Assembly (NCBI GenBank): GCA_963773065.1
Contig: CAVYZN010000028.1
Coordinates: forward strand, 32,001-96,000
DNA: 64,000 nucleotides
Origin: an uncultured Gammaproteobacteria bacterium
Lineage (GTDB): Bacteria; Pseudomonadota; Gammaproteobacteria; UBA9214
Direction of reading: 5' to 3'
Both the position numbers and the translations under genes were made by a program. The notes under the pieces are model-generated. The model was not told where the DNA came from and did not search any database. It was given only the letters and a program-made list of their open reading frames with translations. Positions 1 to 11,922 of this stretch are shown piece by piece (position 1 is the first letter of the stretch; every line of letters starts with the position of its first letter).

Positions 1-1464
1 CCTGGGAACAACGTCATATTGTTCCTGCGTATAGAGGGCCTCTACCTGGAACTTGATCGGTTTGCCGATGAAGGCCTCGAGTTCGGCCAGGCTGTCGGAT
101 TCCTCGTCGAGCAGCAGATCGACGACTTCCTGGGAGGCGAGCACCAGCAACTGCTGCGCGTCATACTGGCGTGATTCGCGCAGGATCTCCCGGAAGATCT
201 CGTAGCAGACCGTCTCCGGGGTCTTCAGGGACGCCCTGCCGCCGCAGGTCGGACACTCCTCGCAGAGGATGTGCTCCAGGCTTTCGCGGGTACGCTTGCG
301 CGTCATCTCGACCAGCCCCAGCGTGGACACCTCGCTGATGTGCGTCTTGGCATGGTCCTTTTCGAGGTATTTCTCGAAGGCGCGCAACACCTGGCGCTTG
401 TGATCCTCCTGGGTCATGTCGATGAAATCGACGATGATGATGCCGCCGAGATTGCGCAGCCGCAACTGACGGGCGATGGCCTGCGCCGCTTCCAGGTTGG
501 TCTTGAAAATCGTCTCCTCGAGATTGCGGTGCCCGACGTAGCCGCCGGTATTGACGTCGATGGTCGTCATCGATTCGGTCTGGTCGAAGATCAGGTAGCC
601 GCCCGACTTGAGCTGTACTTTGCGATCCAGCGCCTTATGGATCTCGTCCTCCACGCCGTAGAGATCGAAGATCGGCCGTTCGCCCGGATAGTATTCGATC
701 TCCACCGCGAGACCCGGCATGAACATCTCGGTGAAGCGCAGCACCCGCTGATAACTTTCGCGCGAATCGATGCGCACCTTCTCTACATGGGCATCCAGCA
801 CGTCACGCATGATGCGCACGTTGAGCGGCAGGTCCTCGTAGACGACGGATCCGGGCGCGGCGGTGCGTTCACGCTCGCAGATGGAAGCCCACAGCTTCCT
901 CAGAAAGATCATGTCGGCGCGCAGGGCCTCAGCGCTTGCGCCTTCCGCTGCCGTGCGCACGATATAACCCCCCTCATCTTGTTCCGCCATGAACAACTGG
1001 ATGATATCCCGCAGACGGATCCGCTCCGCCTCGTCCTCGATCTTCTGGGAGATGCCGACATTGGCCACTGTCGGGATGAACACCAGGTAACGCGACGGTA
1101 AGGTGCTCTGCGTGGTCAGGCGGGCGCCCTTGGTGCCGAGCGGGTCCTTGATCACCTGCACGGTAAGTTCCTGTCCCTCCTTCAGCAACTCGCTGATATC
1201 GATCTCGCCGCCGGCGACGGCCCCGCCTTCCGGATTCCGCGGCAGGATATCCGATGCGTGCAGGAAGGCGGCGCGGTCGAGCCCGATGTCCACGAAGGCG
1301 GCCTGCATCCCCGGCAGCACCCGGCACACCCGGCCCTTGTAGATGTTGCCGACCAGGCCGCGGCGGCGGGTGCGCTCGATCAGGACTTCCTGCAGGACGC
1401 CGTTCTCGATAAGCGCCACGCGCGTCTCGCGCGGTGTCACATTGATCAGGATTTCTTCGCTCAT
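1..1464 (-). CDS. rng: Ribonuclease G (last codons run off the window start)
   Basis: Manual translation from ATG at 1464 gives MSEEILINVTPRETRVALIENG..., an S1 domain, the GGIIIVDFID motif, and ends ...QEQYDVVPR at position 1. Lies downstream of maf as usual. Confidence 0.95.
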   Translation of the reverse strand, partial: MSEEILINVTPRETRVALIENGVLQEVLIERTRRRGLVGNIYKGRVCRVLPGMQAAFVDIGLDRAAFLHASDILPRNPEGGAVAGGEIDISELLKEGQELTVQVIKDPLGTKGARLTTQSTLPSRYLVFIPTVANVGISQKIEDEAERIRLRDIIQLFMAEQDEGGYIVRTAAEGASAEALRADMIFLRKLWASICERERTAAPGSVVYEDLPLNVRIMRDVLDAHVEKVRIDSRESYQRVLRFTEMFMPGLAVEIEYYPGERPIFDLYGVEDEIHKALDRKVQLKSGGYLIFDQTESMTTIDVNTGGYVGHRNLEETIFKTNLEAAQAIARQLRLRNLGGIIIVDFIDMTQEDHKRQVLRAFEKYLEKDHAKTHISEVSTLGLVEMTRKRTRESLEHILCEECPTCGGRASLKTPETVCYEIFREILRESRQYDAQQLLVLASQEVVDLLLDEESDSLAELEAFIGKPIKFQVEALYTQEQYDVVPR

Positions 1465-1523
1465 ACACACTCCCTGCAACGGGTTGTCTGCGCCTTATGC
1501 ATCGCGGGCCGTCCTTGCCGGGC

Positions 1524-2108
1524 TTATAGGACTCCGATGCCGAATTCCCGCAGCAATTCCGCGGTCTCGTACACGGGCAGCCCCATCACGCCCGAGTAGC
1601 TTCCCTCCAGCCGGGACACGAACACGGCCGCCCGGCCCTGGATCGCGTAGCCCCCCGCCTTGTCGATGGGCTCGCCGGTGTCCCAGTAGGCCACACATTG
1701 CGAGCGCGTCAGCGTGCGAAATGTCACGGAACTCGCATTCACCCGCACGGCCTCCCGCCCGGCCACCAGCGCCACGGCGCTCAGCACCTGATGACTCCTG
1801 CCGGAAAGCGCCTGCAGCATATCGATGCCGTCGTCGCGGTCACGCGGTTTACCCAGGATTCTGCCGTCGGCAACGACCGCCGTATCGGCGCCGAGCACCG
1901 GGAAGCCGGCCTGCCCGGCCAGCAGCGCCCAGCCGGCCCGCGCCTTCTCCAGCGCCAGGCGCCGGACATAGTCCTCGGCCGGCTCGCCCGGGCGCCGCGC
2001 CTCGTCGACCTCGGCGTGCAACAGGGTGTAGCCGATGCCGATCTGCGTCAACAACTCCTGCCGGCGCGGCGAGGCGGAGGCCAGGAAGATATGCGGTGAT
2101 GCGCCCAT
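1524..2108 (-). CDS. maf: Maf family nucleotide pyrophosphatase (YhdE-like)
   Basis: [15 protein letters not shown] and [10 protein letters not shown] motifs; position between rlmH and rng. Confidence 0.93.
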   Translation of the reverse strand: MGASPHIFLASASPRRQELLTQIGIGYTLLHAEVDEARRPGEPAEDYVRRLALEKARAGWALLAGQAGFPVLGADTAVVADGRILGKPRDRDDGIDMLQALSGRSHQVLSAVALVAGREAVRVNASSVTFRTLTRSQCVAYWDTGEPIDKAGGYAIQGRAAVFVSRLEGSYSGVMGLPVYETAELLREFGIGVL

Positions 2109-2243
2109 AATGCCCTGATGAATGAAGTCCTGCCGCGAATGACTCACCGGGTAGCCGCGCCGCGATTCCAGTGCCCGGACCGCATGCGCGGCCGCTACCC
2201 TCCGACAGGCAAAACGCCGGGGCCGTGCACACCTTTAGCCCGA

Positions 2244-2714
2244 TCATGGGCGATGATAGGGATGACCGCCGATGATTGTCCATGCCCGGTAGAGCTGCTC
2301 CGCGAGCACGACCCGCACCAGCGCATGCGGCAGGGTGAGCGCGGAGAGCGACCAGCGCAGATCGGCCCGTTGCCGGCAGTCCCCGGACAAGCCATCCGGC
2401 CCGCCGACCAGCAGTACGATATCACGCCCGGATAGCATCCACTCCTGCAACCGGGAAGCCAGTGTTTGCGTATCCCAGGACCGGCCCGTGACCTCCATGG
2501 CGACCACGAGGCAACGCTCCGGTATGGCGGCGAGCATCCGCCGGCCCTCCTCTTCAACCGCCTGTGCGGCCGGGTGCGTCTTGCTTCTTCTGCCGGGCGG
2601 GATTTCCACCAGCCGCAGGATGCATTCACGGGGCAGGCGCCGCGCATAGTCCTCATAGCCCGCCGTGACCCACGAGGGCATGCGCGTACCGACGGCGATC
2701 AGGTGTATCTGCAT
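2244..2714 (-). CDS. rlmH: 23S rRNA pseudouridine-1915 N3-methyltransferase
   Basis: GGPDG, LSALTLPH, EQLYRA and GHPYH SPOUT motifs. Confidence 0.96.
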   Translation of the reverse strand: MQIHLIAVGTRMPSWVTAGYEDYARRLPRECILRLVEIPPGRRSKTHPAAQAVEEEGRRMLAAIPERCLVVAMEVTGRSWDTQTLASRLQEWMLSGRDIVLLVGGPDGLSGDCRQRADLRWSLSALTLPHALVRVVLAEQLYRAWTIIGGHPYHRP

Positions 2715-2821
2715 GCGGTCCGGTGAGCGGCTTTACCAAGGAACGAACTTTGCCTCATCTGATTATCTCCAGAGGCCTCATGCCGGCGTGAAGGGTTGTG
2801 ACACTCGCAAAACATCGACCC

Positions 2822-2879
2822 GTAGGGCGGCCGTGCGCATCGGGATCTGCAGCACGCGCGTGCGCATGGCGCACCCTAC
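2822..2879. repeat. GTAG-type REP doublet (inverted pair)
   Basis: GTAGGGCGGCCGTGCGCA ... TGCGCATGGCGCACCCTAC, an intergenic inverted pair with GTAG feet. Confidence 0.7.
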
Positions 2880-2986
2880 AGGGATGTATCCGCAGCGGTC
2901 ACGAAAGGACTTACCCGAGCATGAGTTGCAACTTAGCACCGGCATAGCATAACACCGGTCATAATCCGATACCGGTTCCGGCCGGG

Positions 2987-3388
2987 TCAGGGCAGGCCGG
3001 CGGCCTCGGCGCTGCCGACCGACCAGAGTTTTTCCAGCGCGTAGAATGCCCTGACCGGGGGCAGCATCACGTGGACGACCACATCCCCCAGGTCGATCAG
3101 CACCCACTCGGCCGCCTGTTCACCCTCGACCCCCAAGGGCGGATTACCGGCCTGCTTTGCCTTGAAGGCCACGTGATCGGCCAGCGCCTTCACATGGCGT
3201 GTCGAGGTGCCGCTGACGACCACCATCCGGTCGGTAATCGAAGTCAGTCCGGTGACATCCAGCACCTTGAGGTCAACGCCCTTGAGATCATCGAGCGCGT
3301 CGATGACGAGCGCAAGCAGCCGGTCCACCGGCATGGCGGGCGCCATGACCGGCCGTTGGTGTTTTTCCGTTCTCACTATATGCCTCAT
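2987..3388 (-). CDS. rsfS: Ribosome silencing factor RsfS (true start may be 3346 or 3334)
   Basis: DLKG, WVLIDLGDVVVHVM and FYALEKLW motifs; nadD-rsfS-rlmH order. Confidence 0.95.
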   Translation of the reverse strand: MRHIVRTEKHQRPVMAPAMPVDRLLALVIDALDDLKGVDLKVLDVTGLTSITDRMVVVSGTSTRHVKALADHVAFKAKQAGNPPLGVEGEQAAEWVLIDLGDVVVHVMLPPVRAFYALEKLWSVGSAEAAGLP

Positions 3389-4017
3389 CTGCCTCGATAC
3401 AGACCCTCACGGTTGATAATCTCGATGACCGCCTCCGGCATCAGGAAAGCCGGACTGCGGCCCGCGGCCAGCAGCTTGCGGACCTGCGATGCGGAAATCG
3501 CCAGCGGCGTCACCGGCTGGAACAGCAGCAGACCGGCCGGTTGGCGCCGCAGCCTGGCGGGTTCAGGCACCCGATGTTGCCCGATAAAATCGGCCAGTTC
3601 CCCGCGAGCCGGGACAGCGGCGCCCGGGCGGGTCATGACCACCAGATGGCACAGCCCGGTCAGCTCGCGCCAGCGATGCCATGTCGTCAGCTCCCCGAAG
3701 GCATCCATGCCCACCAGCAAACACAGGCCAACGCCGACCAGCTCCTCACGCAACGAGGCCAGGGTATCGAAGGTGTAGGACGGTCCGTCCCGCTCCAGCT
3801 CCCGCCGATCGACCCTGAAGGCGGGATAACTGCGCACGGCCGCCTCCAGCATGGTGAGACGCTGGTCGGCGGATGCTTGCGGCGGCGAGCGGTGCGGGGG
3901 AAGGCGGCAGGGAACCAGCCGGATCTCATCAAGCGCCAGCGTCTCGTGAATTTCCAGCGCCGGGCGCAGATGGCCGAAATGGACCGGATCGAAGGTTCCG
4001 CCCAGGATGCCGATCAT
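3385..4017 (-). CDS. nadD: Nicotinate-nucleotide adenylyltransferase
   Basis: GGTFDPVHFGH, SYTFDT and ISASQVR motifs. Confidence 0.96.
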   Translation of the reverse strand: MIGILGGTFDPVHFGHLRPALEIHETLALDEIRLVPCRLPPHRSPPQASADQRLTMLEAAVRSYPAFRVDRRELERDGPSYTFDTLASLREELVGVGLCLLVGMDAFGELTTWHRWRELTGLCHLVVMTRPGAAVPARGELADFIGQHRVPEPARLRRQPAGLLLFQPVTPLAISASQVRKLLAAGRSPAFLMPEAVIEIINREGLYRGR

Positions 4018-4083
4018 GGGTGCCGGTGCGAACGGGGACAGCCGGTGGGCATACCGTATGACAAGCGTGTTCCCCGGCGGCCC

Positions 4084-5367
4084 TCAGGTGCGGATGTGTC
4101 CGTCGCCGATGACGATGAACTTCAGCGTGGTGAGCCCTTCCAGGCCGACCGGTCCGCGCGCATGCAGCTTGTCGGTGCTGATGCCGATCTCGGCGCCGAG
4201 CCCGTATTCAAAGCCGTCCGCGAAGCGGGTGGAGGCGTTGACCATGACCGAACTGGAGTCGACCTCGCGCAGGAAGCGCTGCGCCCGCGGCAGGGATTCC
4301 GTGACGATGGCGTCCGTGTGGCCGGACCCGTAGCGGGCGATGTGATCGATCGCGGCATCCAGGTCGGCGACGACGCGGATGGCGAGGATCGGCGCCAGGT
4401 ATTCGGTTTCCCAGTCCGTTTCGCTGGCCGCATGGATCGCCGGCAGGATGGCGCGCGTCGCTTCGCAGCCGCGCAGCTCCACCCCGGCCTGCTGGTATTT
4501 TTCCGCCAGCACCGGCAGCACGCGCGCGGCGATCTCCTGCGCGACCAGCAGGGTTTCCATGGTATTGCAGGTGCCGTAACGCTGGGTCTTGGCATTGACG
4601 GCGACCCGCACCGCCTTGTCCATGTCCGCCATGCCGTCGATGTAGGTATGACAGATGCCGTGCAGGTGCTTGATGACCGGCACCCGCGCTTCCCGGCTGA
4701 TCCGTTCGATCAGCCCCTTGCCGCCGCGCGGCACGATCACGTCCACGTATTTCTCCAGGCGCACCAGCTCGCCGACGGCGGCACGGTCGGTGGTCTCGAT
4801 CACCTGCACCACGTCAGCCGGCAAGCCCGCGCTGTCCAGGCCCGCGTGGATGCAGGCGGCGATGGCCTGGTTGGAATGGATGGCTTCCGAACCGCCGCGC
4901 AGGATGGCGGCATTTCCCGATTTCAGGCACAGCCCGGCGGCATCCGCGGTCACGTTGGGACGGGATTCGTAAATGATGCCGATCACGCCCAGCGGCACCC
5001 GCATGCGCCCGACCTGGATCCCCGAAGGGCGGTAGTTCATGTCCGAGATGCCGCCGACCGGGTCCGGCAGGGCCGCTATCTCACGCAGGCCCTGCGCCAT
5101 GGCGGCGATGCGCGCAGCGTTCAGTTCCAGACGGTCGAGCAGGGCGTCATCCAGTCCCTGCCGGCGGCCGGCGGCGAGATCCTTCCCGTTTTCCGATTCG
5201 AGGCGTTCCCTCGCCGCCTCGATGGCCGCGGCGATGGCCAGCAGTGCGGCATTCTTCTGCCGCGTTTCGGCCCGTCCGATCACCCGGGCCGCGGCACGGG
5301 CGCGCCGGCCCATGGCCTGCATGTAGGCGGGTATATCGATCGTCATGGCTTCGGCTTTCGTACTCAT
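4084..5367 (-). CDS. proA: Gamma-glutamyl phosphate reductase
   Basis: [26 protein letters not shown] and [14 protein letters not shown] motifs. Confidence 0.97.
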   Translation of the reverse strand: MSTKAEAMTIDIPAYMQAMGRRARAAARVIGRAETRQKNAALLAIAAAIEAARERLESENGKDLAAGRRQGLDDALLDRLELNAARIAAMAQGLREIAALPDPVGGISDMNYRPSGIQVGRMRVPLGVIGIIYESRPNVTADAAGLCLKSGNAAILRGGSEAIHSNQAIAACIHAGLDSAGLPADVVQVIETTDRAAVGELVRLEKYVDVIVPRGGKGLIERISREARVPVIKHLHGICHTYIDGMADMDKAVRVAVNAKTQRYGTCNTMETLLVAQEIAARVLPVLAEKYQQAGVELRGCEATRAILPAIHAASETDWETEYLAPILAIRVVADLDAAIDHIARYGSGHTDAIVTESLPRAQRFLREVDSSSVMVNASTRFADGFEYGLGAEIGISTDKLHARGPVGLEGLTTLKFIVIGDGHIRT

Positions 5368-5393
5368 CGGTATCAGCGGTTCGTCATTGCGGC

Positions 5394-6426
5394 TCAGGTG
5401 GCAGCGCCGGTGGGGATGGCGTTCACACCCGCGAGCCACAGGGTCAATTGTAACAGTTCATCCCAGGCGTTGCCCGCCGCCTGGCCCTTGATCACCCGGT
5501 CGATCAGGGCGCAGCGGCGCAGCAGCCGGTTGCAGGCGGCGCCGGACAGGCGCTGCAGCGCCCGGCTGAAGGCCGTGTCGCGGGACTGCCAGACCTTGAA
5601 GCGGGCCAGCACCTGAGGGAGCGCCTGTCCCCCGGCCAGCACTCGCGCCATGAGCCGCGAGCTGGCGCAGGTCCCGCGCCAGCGCCCACAGCACCACCGC
5701 GGGCGCCACGCCCTCGCCCTGCAGCCCGTTCAGGATGCGCACGCCGCGCGCGCCGTCCCCCGCCAGGGCCGTGTCGACGAGGTCATAGACATCGAAGCGG
5801 GCGCTGTCGGCAACCGCGTTGGCGATATCCCGGGCATCGACCCGCCCAGCGCCCTGCAGCAGGTACAGCTTGTCGATTTCCTGCACACAGGCGAGCAGGT
5901 TGCCTTCCACCCGTTCCGCCAGCAGGGCGGCGGCCTCCGGCGTGGCCTCCAGTCCGCGCCGCTTAAGGCGCGTGCGCACCCAGGCGGGCAATTGCCGGCG
6001 ATCCAGCGGCCAGACGAACACCACCACGCCGGCCTGATCGAGCGCCTGCACCCAGCGGCTCTTGCGCGCCGCGGGCTCGAGCTTGCCGGAAGTGATCAGC
6101 AGCAGCGTATCCTCGGGCGGCGCCTCGGCATAGGCGCGCAACGCCTTCGCCCCCGCCTCGCCGGGCTTGCCGCCCGGCAGGCGCAGGTCGAGCACGCGCC
6201 GCGGCGAAAAGAGCGACAGGCTGCCGGCCGCCGCCGCCAGGCTGTTCCAGTCGAAACCGGCGTTGACCGACAGCACCTCCCGCTCCTCGAAGCCCGCGGC
6301 GCGCGCCCGCGAGCGCACCGCGTCCGCCGCTTCCATCACGCGCAACGGTTCATCACCGCTGATGAAATAGACGGGCGCGAGCGCGCCGCGCAAGCGGGAC
6401 TCCAACTGCTCGGGCTGGATCTGCAC
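5394..6426 (-). CDS. holA: DNA polymerase III delta subunit (frameshift near 5650, probably a sequencing error)
   Basis: N-terminal GDEPL, SLFS and EGNLL in ORF 5458-6426; C-terminal IDRVIKG in ORF 5394-5651; lptE-holA order. Confidence 0.9.
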
Positions 6427-6427
6427 G

Positions 6428-6956
6428 TTATCGTTTGCCTGCCGCCACGATGCGCAGCATCGCCAGGTTGACGATATCGCGCTGCAGTTCCCTGCGGATC
6501 ATCTCCGATTCGCGTTCCTTGCCCAGCAAGGTCTTACTGTTGAACTTGATTACCCGGCTCGCCGTGACGGACTGCCGGTCGACCAGCATATGGCCGTCCG
6601 CGGCAGCGACCTCGAAGTGAATGTTCTGGCGGATCCGGTACTCCAGGACCTTGCCGCCGAGATCCACCGTCAGCACGTCCTTGTCGGTGTTGTTCTCCAG
6701 GATGGTGAGGATCGCGGTGGCCTCGCCGCGGTCCTCCGTCACGCGGGCGCCGTGACTCTCCAGCGCCGTACGGAAGGCATCGTTCAGCGAGTCGAATTCG
6801 CTTGCGCCCTGGATATAGGTAACCGACATTTCCGCCGGCAGCGGCGCCGTCGCCGCGCAAATGAAAGCCGCAGGCGCCGAGCAGCAGCGCGGCGACCACC
6901 GCGCCCAAGCGCAGGATCCTCCCGAGGGCTGCGGATAAAGACGCACGGGTCCTCAT
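6428..6956 (-). CDS. lptE: LPS assembly lipoprotein LptE (frameshift near 6850)
   Basis: Lipobox LGACGFHLRG in one frame and the body ending KERESEMIRRELQRD in another; follows leuS. Confidence 0.88.
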
Positions 6957-6957
6957 C

Positions 6958-9435
<2,478 letters not shown>

Positions 9436-9580
9436 TCAAGGGCGCGGGTGAAGGCGGAAGAATACCGTAGGCGGGACGGCGCCCACAACCGGCAAGGGCC
9501 GAGGCACCCCACCCTTACCTGGCCGCTAGGCATCACCTGCTAAAGCCACCAGTAGCGAGCTCATCGTATGTAACGGGCCA

Positions 9581-9687
9581 AGAGCCGGAGGGGCCGGGCG
9601 AGACGTCGGCCGTAGGGATGCAGGCCGGCGAGCGCTCGCACGGCCTCAACCCTGCGGCCGACGGTCCCGCCCGGCCCCTCCGGCTCT
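9581..9687. repeat. ~107 bp long imperfect palindrome in the leuS/ybeL divergent region
   Basis: AGAGCCGGAGGGGCCGGGCG ... CGCCCGGCCCCTCCGGCTCT outer arms with nested GTCGGCCGTAGGG/CCCTGCGGCCGAC arms. Confidence 0.75.
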
Positions 9688-9784
9688 ACGCCACATGACT
9701 CATGTTTTACTTGACCTGGCAAGCTACACACCGGCGCCGCTTTGGTCCACACTTGTCACTCTGGCAGAACACGAGGCAGGCCCG

Positions 9785-10312
9785 ATGACCGACGAGAAGT
9801 CCACCCGTGAGAAATGGCTGCGGGCCTACGATGACATGATGGTGCGGGTCAAAACGGCGATCGAGGAAGCGGAGGAACACACGTTCCCCGCCATCAAGCG
9901 CCATATCGCCAAGGCCCGCGACACGGCCGTCGAGCTGGAGGAACTGACCAGGGACGAGGCCGAGAAGATTGCCTACTTTCTTGAGCGGGACCTGGAGGAT
10001 GCCGGCAAGCACATGGCCGAGAGCGGCCATGAACTGAGCGACTGGCTGCGTTTCGATATCGGTCTGATCGAGGACCGCCTGCTGGAGGTCCTGTTGAAGG
10101 TCGCCGACCATACCCGCCTCGACATGCTGCAGTTTGAACGCGACCTCAAGGAAGGGCCGCTCTACAACGCCGGCGAGGTCACCGGTCCCGGCACGCTGGT
10201 CTGCAACGCCTGCGGCGAGGTCATCCGCTTCCACTCAACCGGTTATATCCCGGAATGCCCCGCCTGCGGGCACACCGTCTACCATCGCAAGTCCGTCACG
10301 GACGAAATCTGA
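9785..10312 (+). CDS. Zinc-ribbon protein, YbeL/DUF1451-like
   Basis: C-terminal GEVTGPGTLVCNACG...CPACG zinc ribbon; divergent from leuS like ybeL. Confidence 0.8.
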   Translation: MTDEKSTREKWLRAYDDMMVRVKTAIEEAEEHTFPAIKRHIAKARDTAVELEELTRDEAEKIAYFLERDLEDAGKHMAESGHELSDWLRFDIGLIEDRLLEVLLKVADHTRLDMLQFERDLKEGPLYNAGEVTGPGTLVCNACGEVIRFHSTGYIPECPACGHTVYHRKSVTDEI

Positions 10313-10479
10313 ACCGGCGGTGACCGCACCACTGAAGAATGGATGGGGTCACCCCTTAGCCAGCCGGTGTTAACAGCGTAAGTAAAGCTCTGTTGAACAT
10401 GTCAACATCATAAAACAACAATGCCATTGATACGGTCCTTTCGCACCCGCTTTTTCACTGAGCGTGATGTCGCGGCATA

Positions 10480-10744
10480 ACCCTGCGCATCAGTCACCCC
10501 TCTGGATCAAGATCGAATCGATGGTCTGATTCAATCCCTGGTACCGTGGGTACCCCACAAAATACTCGGTACCGTCCAGCGTCCAAAAATGAGCATCACA
10601 GAATGTATGGCTGGCCCGAAGGCCTCCAACCCTTGGGTGGCTCGCTGGACGGGCGAAGGGCGTATTCAATGGCCGGCCGGGACCTCCAATCAGAATCTCA
10701 TGGTTGTACCAACCCCATTGCCTGGCTGATCCCGGCCGCCAATC
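10480..10744 (-). ncRNA. Candidate bridge RNA (seekRNA) of the IS110/IS1111 element; ends approximate
   Basis: Stem-loop at 10671-10740 holds segments matching both halves of the target. Segments at 10494-10537 match both halves of the donor junction. Confidence 0.7.
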
Positions 10745-11752
10745 TTAACCGAACAGACGCGCGGCATCGTAATGGGTCTGATCGCGTAACATGCAGTAAC
10801 TGGCGCGGGCCAATTTGTGCGCCACCGCCCGGATCGCGACGATACCGCTGGTCTGCGCGCGCTTGCGCTCAAAGAAGCGCTTGGCCCGCGCATCAAAGCG
10901 CACGGCGAAGTGGGCCGCTTCGGAGAACGCCCAGGACAGGTACTTGTTGCCGGCCTTGCGGTTGCCTTCGCCCTTCTTCTTGCCGTTGCTGAGGCGCTCG
11001 CTGTTGACGCAGCGGCAGTACGAGGCGTAATTGCCTGGGCTCTTGAAGCGGGTAATCTCGCCCGTCTCAAGCCAAATGGTCATGCCCAGAATCGGCCCCA
11101 CGCCGGTGATGGTCTGCAAAATCTTAAAGGCCGGCGCCACCCGCGCCGCCGCCAACGCGGCCTGTTCCAGCTCGTCAATCTCCCGCTGGAGCGCCCGCTG
11201 CACGCTCAGCAGGCTCTGCGCCGCCAGCTGGTCGTGCCCGGGCGGTAACGGCACGGCAAACTCCGGCTTGCGTATCAGGCTTGCGCTGATCCGCTCTCCG
11301 GTAGAACGCCAGAGCTGGCTCTGAATGCTGATCAGGCGTCCCGCCGCGATCCGCACCAGTTGCATGCGCCGGCGCAGCAGATCGCGCACCGCGCGTTGCT
11401 CCTTGGGATAAATATACCCCGTCGGCAGTATCCCCAGGCGCATCAGGTGCGCCAGCCAGAACGCATCGTGAAGGTCATCGCTGTACTTCAGGCCCTCATA
11501 CTGGCGCACCGCCGCGGTGTTGACCAACCGCAGCGGGTAGCCGGCATCCTGCAATCCATCCACCAGCCAGTACCAATTGAAGGTCGATTCCACGGCAACC
11601 CCCAGCAGCTCCGCCTTGAACGGCTGCAAGGCCTTCAGCGTCACCGCCAGATCATTGGGCAGCCGCCGTTCAAAAACCCGTTTGTCATCCTCATCAATCA
11701 CCACAACGACGTGGTTGTTGGAATGCAGATCAATCCCGCAGTAAAGTGTCAT
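10745..11752 (-). CDS. IS110 family DEDD recombinase/transposase (335 aa)
   Basis: MTLYCGIDLH, VESTFNW, KYSDDLHDA (DEDD RuvC-like), TITGVG, C-terminal RLSNGK serine and GNKYL; GGAGG RBS upstream of 11752. Confidence 0.95.
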   Translation of the reverse strand: MTLYCGIDLHSNNHVVVVIDEDDKRVFERRLPNDLAVTLKALQPFKAELLGVAVESTFNWYWLVDGLQDAGYPLRLVNTAAVRQYEGLKYSDDLHDAFWLAHLMRLGILPTGYIYPKEQRAVRDLLRRRMQLVRIAAGRLISIQSQLWRSTGERISASLIRKPEFAVPLPPGHDQLAAQSLLSVQRALQREIDELEQAALAAARVAPAFKILQTITGVGPILGMTIWLETGEITRFKSPGNYASYCRCVNSERLSNGKKKGEGNRKAGNKYLSWAFSEAAHFAVRFDARAKRFFERKRAQTSGIVAIRAVAHKLARASYCMLRDQTHYDAARLFG

Positions 11753-11834
11753 AACAGCCTCCTGGGTTGTGTTGAGTGACCAACACCAGTGTATACACCG
11801 GTGCCAACCACTCAGGAGGCTGGCTAGAGGATTA

Positions 11835-11887
11835 TCAGACTCGATTGATCGGATGCACGAAAAACCGTGGTCTGTCCCGATTTTCCC
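11835..11887. repeat. REP-like repeat (right half of the split copy plus a CGTGGTCTGTCCC copy)
   Basis: TCAGACTCGATTGATCGGATG identical to 14215-14235; CGTGGTCTGTCCC is shared with 14315-14327 and 15131-15143. Confidence 0.85.
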
Positions 11888-11922
11888 GAAGGGGACGCCA
11901 CAAATCGCCAAGGAGATGAGAG

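Larger units (their letters stand above)
10352..11837 (-). mobile_element. Complete IS110-family insertion sequence (IS1111-type), ~1.49 kb
   Basis: Flanks rejoin as GGATGGGGTCA|GACTCGATTGATCGGATG, identical to the intact repeat at 14207-14235. TCA core at 10349-10351 and 11835-11837. Sub-terminal IRs TAGCCAGCC (10357-10365) and GGCTGGCTA (11818-11826). Long non-coding region downstream of the recombinase. Confidence 0.9.
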
